Below are positions 10,634 to 18,684 of a DNA stretch of 51,274 nucleotides, one piece after another. Below the pieces are notes generated by a model that was not told the DNA's origin, ran no database searches, and saw only the letters and a list, made by a program, of their open reading frames with translations. The stretch covers positions 1-51,274 of the forward strand of contig JBEEJU010000154.1 of the NCBI GenBank assembly GCA_041169045.1. Reading direction: 5' to 3'. The DNA is from Pseudomonadota bacterium. GTDB lineage: Bacteria > Pseudomonadota > Gammaproteobacteria > Methylococcales > Methylomonadaceae. Each line of letters begins with the position of its first letter. Within the stretch, counting starts at the first letter, position 1. The translations under genes and the position numbers were made by a program.

Positions 10634-11560
10634 ATGACCACGATGGATGATAGAGATGGGCTAATTTGGTTAGACGGACAATGGATAAATTGGCGCGATG
10701 CCAAAGTGCATGTTTTAACCCATACCTTACATTATGGCGCTGGTGTGTTTGAAGGCTTACGCGCCTATCATACTGATAAAGGGCCGGCTATTTTTCGCTT
10801 GACCGAACACACGGATCGTTTATTTCGTTCAGCTCATATTTTGAATATGAAATTACCCTTTTCTAAAGCCGAGATTAATCAAGCCCAAATTGAAGCAATT
10901 GCACGGAATCAATTAGACAGTGCTTATATTCGTACGATGTGTTTTTATGGATCAGAAGGCATGGGATTACGCGCTGATAATTTAAAAGCGCATGTGATGG
11001 TAGCAGCTTGGACATGGGGAGCTTATTTAGGGGCGGAAAACATGGAAAAAGGCATTCGGATTCGCACCTCTTCTTACACTCGCAATCATGTCAATAGCAC
11101 GATGTGTAAAGCCAAAGCGAATGGCAATTATCTAAATTCGATTTTAGCATTACAAGAAGCATTATCCACCGGATACGACGAGGCTTTATTACTCGATCAC
11201 GAAGGTTTTGCAGCGGAAGGCAGTGGTGAAAATTTATTTATTGTGCGTCAAGGTAAATTATATACCCCAGAAACCACTTCCGCTTTAGAAGGCATTACGC
11301 GCGACACGATTATCACCATTGCGCGGGAACAAGGTTTTGAAGTGATTGAAAAACGCATTACTCGTGATGAAGTTTATATCGCTGATGAAGCTTTCTTTAC
11401 CGGTTCAGCGGCTGAAGTGACACCGATTCGAGAATATGATGGACGCGCGATTGGTCAAGGCAGTCGTGGTGAAATCACCGAAAAATTACAAGCTTTATAT
11501 TTTGATTATGTTCATGGTCGTCGTGATGATCATCAACAATGGCTAACGCCTATTGCTTAA
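10634..11560 (+). CDS. ilvE: Branched-chain amino acid aminotransferase
   Basis: 308 aa with HYGAGVFEGLRAY, a class IV aminotransferase pattern, and EGSGENLF. Confidence 0.9.
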   Translation: MTTMDDRDGLIWLDGQWINWRDAKVHVLTHTLHYGAGVFEGLRAYHTDKGPAIFRLTEHTDRLFRSAHILNMKLPFSKAEINQAQIEAIARNQLDSAYIRTMCFYGSEGMGLRADNLKAHVMVAAWTWGAYLGAENMEKGIRIRTSSYTRNHVNSTMCKAKANGNYLNSILALQEALSTGYDEALLLDHEGFAAEGSGENLFIVRQGKLYTPETTSALEGITRDTIITIAREQGFEVIEKRITRDEVYIADEAFFTGSAAEVTPIREYDGRAIGQGSRGEITEKLQALYFDYVHGRRDDHQQWLTPIA

Positions 11561-11667
11561 ATGAAATCAAATTAAAAATTAATTTGATAGGTTAAATATT
11601 TTAAAATCGAATTTACAGAATAATTCGATTAATCTTAAAATCTTTATAGTGTCGATTTAAACAATAA

Positions 11668-11702
11668 AAAACCGCTTTTTGATTTTTATCATTAGCGGTT
11701 TT
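11668..11702 (+). terminator. Candidate intrinsic terminator downstream of ilvE
   Basis: AAAACCGCT (11668-11676) pairs with AGCGGTTTT (11694-11702) across a 17-nt loop, followed by a T-rich tail. The stem is short. Confidence 0.4.
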
Positions 11703-11738
11703 ATTTTAGTGGAATAAATCGCAATCCTACCGTTGATT

Positions 11739-11981
11739 CTAAAATAGACGTTTAGATTTAATTAAACGTTTGCCATCGATTATCACTGCAACTGGTTGAT
11801 TTTGTTCCACTACCCAGTTTTAGGTACTGGTTAATTGATTAACTAAATCTTGGGCTTGCTCTGATCTTAGCCATCTATTCGGTTGATGTTTAGGTTCATT
11901 GCCAGCTGCTTTATGTAAATTGTTAAGACAATATCTAGCTTCAGAATCTTGTTTAATAGAAATGCCTGAAATGGCGAGAGG
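11739..11981 (-). pseudogene. KilA-N domain protein remnant (N-terminal fragment with in-frame stop)
   Basis: The minus-strand translation is PLAISGISIKQDSEARYCLNNLHKAAGNEPKHQPNRWLRSEQAQDLVNQLTST*NWVVEQNQPVAVIIDGKR... The (Y)CLN(D/N)LHKAAG..(K/R)HQP..(W/F)L core is the KilA-N signature as I remember it. There is no start codon, a TAG lies upstream, a TAA lies at 11820-11822, and the C-terminal half is missing. Confidence 0.6.
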
Positions 11982-12039
11982 CTAGTAGTTTGTCAAAAAT
12001 TTACGATAGACTTAAATAATTCGGTTAATTTTAAAATCT

Positions 12040-12570
12040 GGTAGTCATGCAACTCAAATGATAGGTTAAAATAGTATAATTATATTTTTGCGTACTTTAA
12101 AATGCACTGTCCAAACTGATTATTCTAATCAAATTGTTAAAAACGTCTTACAACCTAACAATAATAAACAAAAATATCTTTGCAAAGAATGTCGTCGGCA
12201 ATTTGTATTAAATCCTGAAAAACATAAAATTACTGATGCAGAAAAACCTTTAATTGATCAATTATTTCTGGAACATATCTCATTGCCAAAAGAATATCAG
12301 GAAAAAGCCATTTCATTTATTGATTTGTGGAAATATTATCAAACTGCATTTCCAAAAGATCATCATATTGTTGTCGGTAAATAAACTGGTAAAACAAATT
12401 ATATTGAGAGGTTTAATAATACGTTATGTCAGAGGGTATCTCACTTAGTTAGAAAAACACTTTCTTTTTCTAAAAAAATAGAAAATCATATTGGCTCTAT
12501 TTGGTATTTTATTCATAATTATAATACTTCTTTTCAAATATAATTTATTCATTTATATTGCATGACTACC
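12040..12570 (+). mobile_element. IS1-family insertion sequence, internally deleted non-autonomous derivative (531 bp)
   Basis: Terminal inverted repeats are GGTAGTCATGCAA (12040-12052) and TTGCATGACTACC (12558-12570). The ORF 12088-12384 continues in frame after a TAA (12382-12384) to 12543. It ends ...TGKTNYIERFNNTLCQRVSHLVRKTLSFSKKIENHIGSIWYFIHNYN, which parallels the E. coli IS1 InsB C-terminus (ERHNLNLRQHL..RKSLSFSKS.E.H...IGHY). Most of the DDE region is absent. Confidence 0.75.
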
Positions 12571-12760
12571 TTGCTGAAGTTTTTGTTGAATTTCATCTGA
12601 TAGAGATTGTACGAATTTCACAATGATATTTTGAGCAAAAAATATAAAACGTTATACCTGAAAACTTTTGTGTACATACTTAGCATAATTAATAGAGTTA
12701 TTCAAACTCATCATTAAATGCAAAATACCATACCCCTTTTTGAATATAGGAAAATAAATA

Positions 12761-13627
12761 ATGATTAAAAGCATGACAGCATTTGCCGGATGTGAAGCAC
12801 AAATAGATGATTTAATGATTTATGCAGAATTACGTTCCGTTAATCATCGTTATTGTGATATTTCGTTCAAATTACCTGAACGATTACGTTTTGTCGAGGG
12901 TCATTTACGCACCATGATTAGTGCACAATTAAAACGCGGAAAAATTGAATGCAGTTTCAATTATAAAAAACCAATTCAAGAGGGACAAGGGTGGCAAATT
13001 AATTCTCAAATGGTCAAAGCATTATTGGCAGCAACTACGGAAATCGAAACTTTGATGCCGCAATCCAGAGCTTTTTCGGCGTTAGAATTATTGGCTTTTC
13101 CTGGGGTACAACAAGAAAAAGAGTTAGATAAAGATCACTTGCAAATTGGAGTTCAAGCTTTGTTGCAGCGGGTATTAACCGAATTTTTGCAAGTTAGAGA
13201 GCGTGAAGGTCAGCAATTGGCTTGCTTGATTGAAGAGCGTTGTCACAAAATGCTGGAATTACTTGCACTTGCAACACAACGTATGCCTCTGGTTTTACAA
13301 AGTATTCGTGCTAAATTGTTTGAACGGGTAAAAGAACTGATTGCGACTCCGGATTTTGATCGACTGGAACAAGAAATGGTGTTATTGGCGCAAAAATTAG
13401 ATGTTGCAGAAGAATTAGAACGCTTGAAAACGCATGTGATTGAAGTAAAAAGAATTATTCAGCAAGAGGAAACGGTGGGCAGACGTTTAGATTTTCTGAT
13501 GCAAGAAATGTATCGTGAAGCCAATACTTTGGGATCAAAATCGGCTGATCGTGAAATGACTCAAATTGCGATTGAATTAAAAGTGTTAATTGAGCAAATT
13601 CGTGAACAGGTACAAAACATTGAATAA
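12761..13627 (+). CDS. yicC: YicC family stress-induced protein
   Basis: MIKSMTAFA...ELRSVNHRY N-terminus and C-terminal ...EANTLGSKS, as in YicC. Located upstream of gmk, as in many Proteobacteria. Confidence 0.8.
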   Translation: MIKSMTAFAGCEAQIDDLMIYAELRSVNHRYCDISFKLPERLRFVEGHLRTMISAQLKRGKIECSFNYKKPIQEGQGWQINSQMVKALLAATTEIETLMPQSRAFSALELLAFPGVQQEKELDKDHLQIGVQALLQRVLTEFLQVREREGQQLACLIEERCHKMLELLALATQRMPLVLQSIRAKLFERVKELIATPDFDRLEQEMVLLAQKLDVAEELERLKTHVIEVKRIIQQEETVGRRLDFLMQEMYREANTLGSKSADREMTQIAIELKVLIEQIREQVQNIE

Positions 13628-14246
13628 TTTGATTCCTTTAGGAAAACTTTATATTATTTCTGCGCCTTCAGGAGCAGGAAAAACCAGTTTAATTAAACAA
13701 TTACGCCCCCAATTGCCCAATCTTGTGGTTTCGGTTTCTCATACCACCCGTTCGCCTCGAATTGGCGAATCTGAAGCACAAGATTATTTCTTTGTTTCAA
13801 TTCCTACTTTTGAAAAAATGATTTCAGAACAGGCCTTTTTAGAATATGCTTTAGTTTTCGGTAATTATTATGGCACTGCGATTGCCACAATTGATCAAAA
13901 ATTACAACAAGGAATTGATGTGATTTTGGAAATTGATTGGCAGGGTGCAAGACAAATTAAACAATTAAAACCGGATTGTTTATCGATTTTTATTTTACCA
14001 CCTTCGATTGATATTTTAGAGCAACGTTTACGTCAACGTGGTCAAGATAATGAACAAATTATTCAGCGAAGAATGTCCGAATCTTTAACCGAATTAAGCC
14101 ATTATTTTGAATATGATTATTTAATTGTTAATGCTGATTTTTCTCAAGCTTTAGCCGAATTAAAGAGCATTTTTATGGCGCAACGTTTACTGACAAAACG
14201 ACAAGTATCAATATTATCGCCTTGGTTAAAAACACTGCTCAATTAA
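13590..14246 (+). CDS. gmk: Guanylate kinase
   Basis: P-loop SAPSGAGKTSL and the SVSHTTR motif. The ORF-track ATG at 13590 overlaps yicC by 38 nt, so a TTG start at 13620 or 13629 is an equally plausible true start. Confidence 0.85.
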   Translation: MSKFVNRYKTLNNLIPLGKLYIISAPSGAGKTSLIKQLRPQLPNLVVSVSHTTRSPRIGESEAQDYFFVSIPTFEKMISEQAFLEYALVFGNYYGTAIATIDQKLQQGIDVILEIDWQGARQIKQLKPDCLSIFILPPSIDILEQRLRQRGQDNEQIIQRRMSESLTELSHYFEYDYLIVNADFSQALAELKSIFMAQRLLTKRQVSILSPWLKTLLN

Positions 14247-14353
14247 TGCTATACTTAATCAAATAAACCTTTTATCATTTTTGATAATACACTTCACCCA
14301 TTCGATTAATTATTTAACAATAATCGGGTTGAATAGCCTGTAATGTGAATTTC

Positions 14354-16411
14354 ATGAAATCTTTTTTAACTTATTTATGGATGCCCATTTTATTTTTTTG
14401 TGTAAACAATCTATTTGCTACAGAAAAATCAGTTGATGATACTGATTTAGAGTTTGAGCTTAAATTATTACACGAAGGTTACAGCGATAGTTATATACAA
14501 AGTGCCTCCAGAATTGGACAAACGACTGCCGCCGAAACTCCGGCTATTATTACGATTATTAGTGAACAAGAAATTCTCAATTCCGGTGCGCGTGATTTAA
14601 TCGATGTATTACGACTGGTTCCCGGATTTGATTTCGGGGTTGATGTACAAAATATCGTAGGTCCAGCGATTCGCGGCAATTGGGCATATGAAGGTAATAT
14701 TTTACTAATGATTGACGGTTTAGAAATGAATGATCGTCGTTATGGAACTACACAATTAGGCAATCATTATCCGATTGACAATATCCAAAAAATTGAAATT
14801 ATCCGAGGTTCTGGTGCAATTACATATGGTAGTTTTGCGAAATTGGGCGTGATTAATATCATTACTAAAACAGCAAAAGATCAACAAGGTGTTTCTGTAA
14901 TCGCGCGTTATGGACAAATGCAAAACAGTAATGGTCATCGTTTATTGAGTTTATATGGGGGTAAACAATTTAATGAAGATACGCAATTCACTGTAATGGG
15001 ACAAGCCAGTCAAGCACACCGTAGCGATCAAATTTATCATGATGTTTATGGTGATACTTTAGATTTCAGTTCTTATGGTCAACTGGAAAATTTATTTTTA
15101 AACTCTAGCTTAAATTATAAAAATCTTTCATTACGCTTTTTAGTTGATCGTTATCGCGCGAATACGGCGGATGGTTTTGTGAATATTGATAAATCAATCA
15201 ATTTAACTTTCGATCATTATGCTTTTGATTTAAATTATCATTATGATTTTGATCAGGATTTACGTCTCAATTTTAAATTCAATTATTATCATCAAACGCC
15301 TTGGCAATCTAAACAATGGATAGATAATCAAATTCGATATACTAATCGTTTAGACAGTGATCGTTATCTTGCGGATAGCCATTTAGATTATCATTATCAA
15401 GATTTTTTTACGTTATCTATTGGCTCTGAATTAACTTACGAAACTTTTAATAATCGTTCTGGACAATATGATTTGGCTCATATTACTTTACCCGATAATA
15501 GCATTCCGGCTTTACCTGATTATAAAACGATTAGTGCTTATTTAGAAAGTTTATTTAAATCTAAATGGGGAAATTTATCAATTGGATTACGTTATGATTA
15601 TCATAATATCTTTCAACCTAATTTTTCTACGCGAGTAGTTTTTACGGATCAAATTAAAAATTTCAATTATAAATTATTGTATAACCGTTCTTTTCGTTAT
15701 CCAAATTCGGGTATTGTTTTACTCAATATTGATGGAATTTTAAAACCAGAAAGAACGCAATCATATGAAATAGAATTAGGCTATCAATTTAATCCTGAAT
15801 GGTCATTTAAAGCGAATGCATTTTATATTACTTCTAAAGATCGTTTTGTTTATGGATTGGATAATGCTAATCCAGAAGCAGTTGCATATAATTTACAAGA
15901 ATATTATAACTCTGAAGCCAAGATCAATATGGCTGGAGTTGAATCTGAATTACGTTGGAAAGGCGATTGGGGATACATCACTTTAAATCATAGCTATTCG
16001 CAGATGTTAGAGAATGCTAAAAAATTTCAAGCTTTTGATTTTATCCAACAGAAAGTAGTCGATTCTTCAAAAGCTTTAGGATTTCCTACGCATAAAATCA
16101 GTTTTAATGGACATTTTGCAATCACTCCTGATTTTTCAATTAATCCGTCAGTTATTGTCAGTAGTAGTCGTTATGGTTATCAAAAAGTAGATGATTCCGG
16201 ATCATTAATTTTGCAAAAATATAATGCAGAAATTTTAGGCAATCTTTATTTTCGTTATCAAAATTTATTTACCAAAAATTTGGAATTGGGTTTCGGTATT
16301 TATAATTTATTCAATACCCATCATCAATTTATTCAGCCCTATAGTGCAGGTCACGCGCCTTTACCTGATCTTTCCAGAGAATTTATTATTAAAATAGCCT
16401 ACCAATTATAA
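14354..16411 (+). CDS. TonB-dependent outer-membrane receptor
   Basis: Signal peptide MKSFLTYLWMPILFFCVNNLFA. A plug domain (IITIISEQEI..., IEIIRGSGAITYGS) is followed by a long beta-barrel. I use the ATG at 14354; the ORF track starts at GTG 14345. Confidence 0.8.
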   Translation: MKSFLTYLWMPILFFCVNNLFATEKSVDDTDLEFELKLLHEGYSDSYIQSASRIGQTTAAETPAIITIISEQEILNSGARDLIDVLRLVPGFDFGVDVQNIVGPAIRGNWAYEGNILLMIDGLEMNDRRYGTTQLGNHYPIDNIQKIEIIRGSGAITYGSFAKLGVINIITKTAKDQQGVSVIARYGQMQNSNGHRLLSLYGGKQFNEDTQFTVMGQASQAHRSDQIYHDVYGDTLDFSSYGQLENLFLNSSLNYKNLSLRFLVDRYRANTADGFVNIDKSINLTFDHYAFDLNYHYDFDQDLRLNFKFNYYHQTPWQSKQWIDNQIRYTNRLDSDRYLADSHLDYHYQDFFTLSIGSELTYETFNNRSGQYDLAHITLPDNSIPALPDYKTISAYLESLFKSKWGNLSIGLRYDYHNIFQPNFSTRVVFTDQIKNFNYKLLYNRSFRYPNSGIVLLNIDGILKPERTQSYEIELGYQFNPEWSFKANAFYITSKDRFVYGLDNANPEAVAYNLQEYYNSEAKINMAGVESELRWKGDWGYITLNHSYSQMLENAKKFQAFDFIQQKVVDSSKALGFPTHKISFNGHFAITPDFSINPSVIVSSSRYGYQKVDDSGSLILQKYNAEILGNLYFRYQNLFTKNLELGFGIYNLFNTHHQFIQPYSAGHAPLPDLSREFIIKIAYQL

Positions 16412-16439
16412 AATAAATCTTATCGATTATTTTTTCAAA

Positions 16440-16973
16440 TTAAGATCGATTTAATAAAGCTAAAGTTTTTTCAGGTAATTGATGAATCGATTGATCAGGA
16501 TGAGCGAGTTGTGCATCTTGATGAATTGATAACATAAATTGCATCAATTGGGTTTCTAATTGAATTTTCTCAAGCGTATTTTCCGTTTCCCACATTTGAT
16601 TCAATAATTGTTTCGCATGATGATGAATGGTAAAGACTAAAGCAGCGGGTAAATGCTGATAACTTTTTTGTAATTGAAGTTTTAATTCATCTAACGATTG
16701 TAAATATTGTTTATAATCTTGAATATTGTGTTGATATTGGGTTTTTAATCGATTTAATTCAGCTTGATGACCGGTTTCTGCAATTTCTAATTCATGGGCT
16801 AATTGCTGTTGACATTTTTTTAATTGAATCACTAATTGCTGTTCATTTAAAAACTGTTGCGTTTTTAAGTGTTGTTGTTCGGCATAATGGGTTAATTGCC
16901 ACGCTAATCGTTGCGTTTTGAATTGATGAAATAAGGAGAATAAAGAATTTCCCCAATTGTTAAAAATTGACAT
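16440..16973 (-). CDS. Hypothetical Gln-rich coiled-coil protein
   Basis: A 177-aa ORF with heptad-like, Q/L/H-rich sequence. No motif recognised. Codon usage is consistent with its neighbours. Confidence 0.4.
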   Translation of the reverse strand: MSIFNNWGNSLFSLFHQFKTQRLAWQLTHYAEQQHLKTQQFLNEQQLVIQLKKCQQQLAHELEIAETGHQAELNRLKTQYQHNIQDYKQYLQSLDELKLQLQKSYQHLPAALVFTIHHHAKQLLNQMWETENTLEKIQLETQLMQFMLSIHQDAQLAHPDQSIHQLPEKTLALLNRS

Positions 16974-17004
16974 TTCTTAATTCCTCTCTATTAATTAAAA
17001 AGGC

Positions 17005-17307
17005 TCATTCGGTTTTGGATTGTTTAGCTTGATAAGCGGCTAATTGGGCTTCAGTAGCGGGTAATTGAAAGTGATCTTTCCATTCTGAATAAGGCATCGC
17101 ATAAATCTGTTCCAGAGCTTGTTCATAATCAATGATTATTCCCCGTTCTTTCGCGGCATTCATATACCATTTCGCTAAACAATTACGACAAAAATCGGCA
17201 GCAATCATCAGTTCAATATTTTGCACTTCAGGATGTCCTTGTAAATGTTGCAGTAATCGCCGAAAAGTCGCCGCTTCTAATTCGGTTTGTAAAGAAGGTT
17301 CTAACAT
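17005..17307 (-). CDS. DUF1244 family protein
   Basis: 100 aa. The ...FRRLLQHLQ....VQNIELMIAADFCRNCLAKWY... pattern matches my memory of DUF1244. Confidence 0.55.
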   Translation of the reverse strand: MLEPSLQTELEAATFRRLLQHLQGHPEVQNIELMIAADFCRNCLAKWYMNAAKERGIIIDYEQALEQIYAMPYSEWKDHFQLPATEAQLAAYQAKQSKTE

Positions 17308-17528
17308 TATTAACTCAATTAAGCTTAAAAATAATTATTTTAACAAAGATATGCCATTTGCCATGTACAAAATTGACTAAAAATTTTACAATACCTATCG
17401 ACAATTCATCAGCAGCAATGATATATAGGGTCTGTAATCCATAATTCAGTGCCTATCCTTCCATGATGATTTGTATTCTAAACAATCCTCCTGTGGTTTC
17501 ATCGTTTTTGCTCCAATAATCCGATTTT

Positions 17529-18068
17529 ATGAATAAACAATTGTTTGAGTTTATCCCTATCCTTTTGTTTTTTATTGCTTATAAGTGGTACGATATTTAT
17601 GTAGCGACGGCGGTAGTGATCGTAGCGACACTGATTCAAGTCGCTTGGACCTGGTATAAAGAACGTAAGGTTGAGATGATGCAATGGGTCACTTTAGCCT
17701 TGATTGTCGTTTTTGGCGGCGCGACCTTGTATCTGCACGATGAGCAATTTATCAAATGGAAACTCACAATTATTGAGTGGTTATTTGCAACGGTATTTTT
17801 AGGCAGTCAATGGTTAGGTAAACAACCTTTCATTCAGCGAATGATGGGATCAAGTTTGCAATTGCCGCCATTGATCTGGAAACGGTTAAATTTACTATGG
17901 GCAGGTTTTTTTACCGCTATAGGTTTTTTAAATTTATATGTTATCAACCATTTTACTACTGATGATTGGGTCACTTTTAAAACCATAGGTGTTCCCGGTT
18001 TAATGATCCTCTTTGTCGTGATACAAATGATCTTTTTATACAAATATATTCCAGAAACTGAGGAGTAA
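17529..18068 (+). CDS. yciB: Intracellular septation protein A
   Basis: A 179-aa five-TM protein beginning MNKQLFEFIPILLFFIAYKWYDIYVAT, which is YciB/IspZ-like. It is followed by yciI. Confidence 0.8.
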   Translation: MNKQLFEFIPILLFFIAYKWYDIYVATAVVIVATLIQVAWTWYKERKVEMMQWVTLALIVVFGGATLYLHDEQFIKWKLTIIEWLFATVFLGSQWLGKQPFIQRMMGSSLQLPPLIWKRLNLLWAGFFTAIGFLNLYVINHFTTDDWVTFKTIGVPGLMILFVVIQMIFLYKYIPETEE

Positions 18069-18071
18069 TCT

Positions 18072-18404
18072 GTGCTATATGCAATTATAAGCAGTGATGT
18101 CAAAAACAGTCTGAGTAAACGTCAGGCTGCTAGACCTGCACATTTACAACGATTACAAGCATTAGAGGCAGCAGGCCGCTTAATTCTTGCCGGCCCTCAT
18201 CCTGCGGTTGATAGTGAACATCCTGGGGATGCAGGTTTTAGTGGCAGCTTAATCGTGGCACAATTTGACAATTTGCAACAAGCTCAAGAATGGGCAGTCG
18301 CTGATCCCTATATTAAAGCTGGGGTATATGCCAAAGTGATTGTCAAACCATTTAAACAAGCTTTTCCTAAACCTGAATCATCGTCAACTGAAACCGTTAT
18401 TTAA
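18072..18404 (+). CDS. yciI: YciI family protein
   Basis: 110 aa with a GTG start. RPAHLQRL....GRLILAGP and DPY..AGVY are YciI-like motifs. Confidence 0.7.
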   Translation: MLYAIISSDVKNSLSKRQAARPAHLQRLQALEAAGRLILAGPHPAVDSEHPGDAGFSGSLIVAQFDNLQQAQEWAVADPYIKAGVYAKVIVKPFKQAFPKPESSSTETVI

Positions 18405-18405
18405 T

Positions 18406-18681
18406 ATGATGATAACTGATGTAATTAAACAAAAATTGATCGCAGAACTTAATCCCCAAGTGATTGAGATTATTGATAATAGTGCCGCTCATGCGGGTCA
18501 TGCAGGCGTACGATCTGGTGGTGGACATTATCATTTGACTATTGTCAGTGAGACTTTTAATCAACTTTCTTTGGTGCAACGACATCAAAAAATTTATCAA
18601 GCCCTAAATGAATTGATGAAAAATGACATTCATGCGTTGGGTATCAATGCTTTAACTCCTACTGAATATAAAGGTAATTAA
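18406..18681 (+). CDS. BolA family protein
   Basis: ...DNSAAHAGHAG....HYHLTIVSETFNQLSLVQRHQKIYQAL is BolA/IbaG-like. The start is placed at ATG 18406, directly after the yciI stop, not at the ORF-track start 18340. Confidence 0.75.
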   Translation: MMITDVIKQKLIAELNPQVIEIIDNSAAHAGHAGVRSGGGHYHLTIVSETFNQLSLVQRHQKIYQALNELMKNDIHALGINALTPTEYKGN

Positions 18682-18684
18682 TCA

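Noticed and set aside
12254-12448. 64-aa ORF inside the IS1 derivative
   Set aside because: It is an alternative frame of the degenerate transposase region, and it does not match the IS1 protein pattern that the other frame shows.
14247-14353. Possible cobalamin or other riboswitch ahead of the TonB-dependent receptor
   Set aside because: The leader is only ~100 nt and lacks a B12-box-like element, so it is too short for the known riboswitch classes.
17308-17528. 220-nt spacer upstream of yciB examined for an sRNA, terminator or gene remnant
   Set aside because: I found no convincing stem-loop with a T run, no clear promoter pair and no translatable remnant. It is left unannotated.
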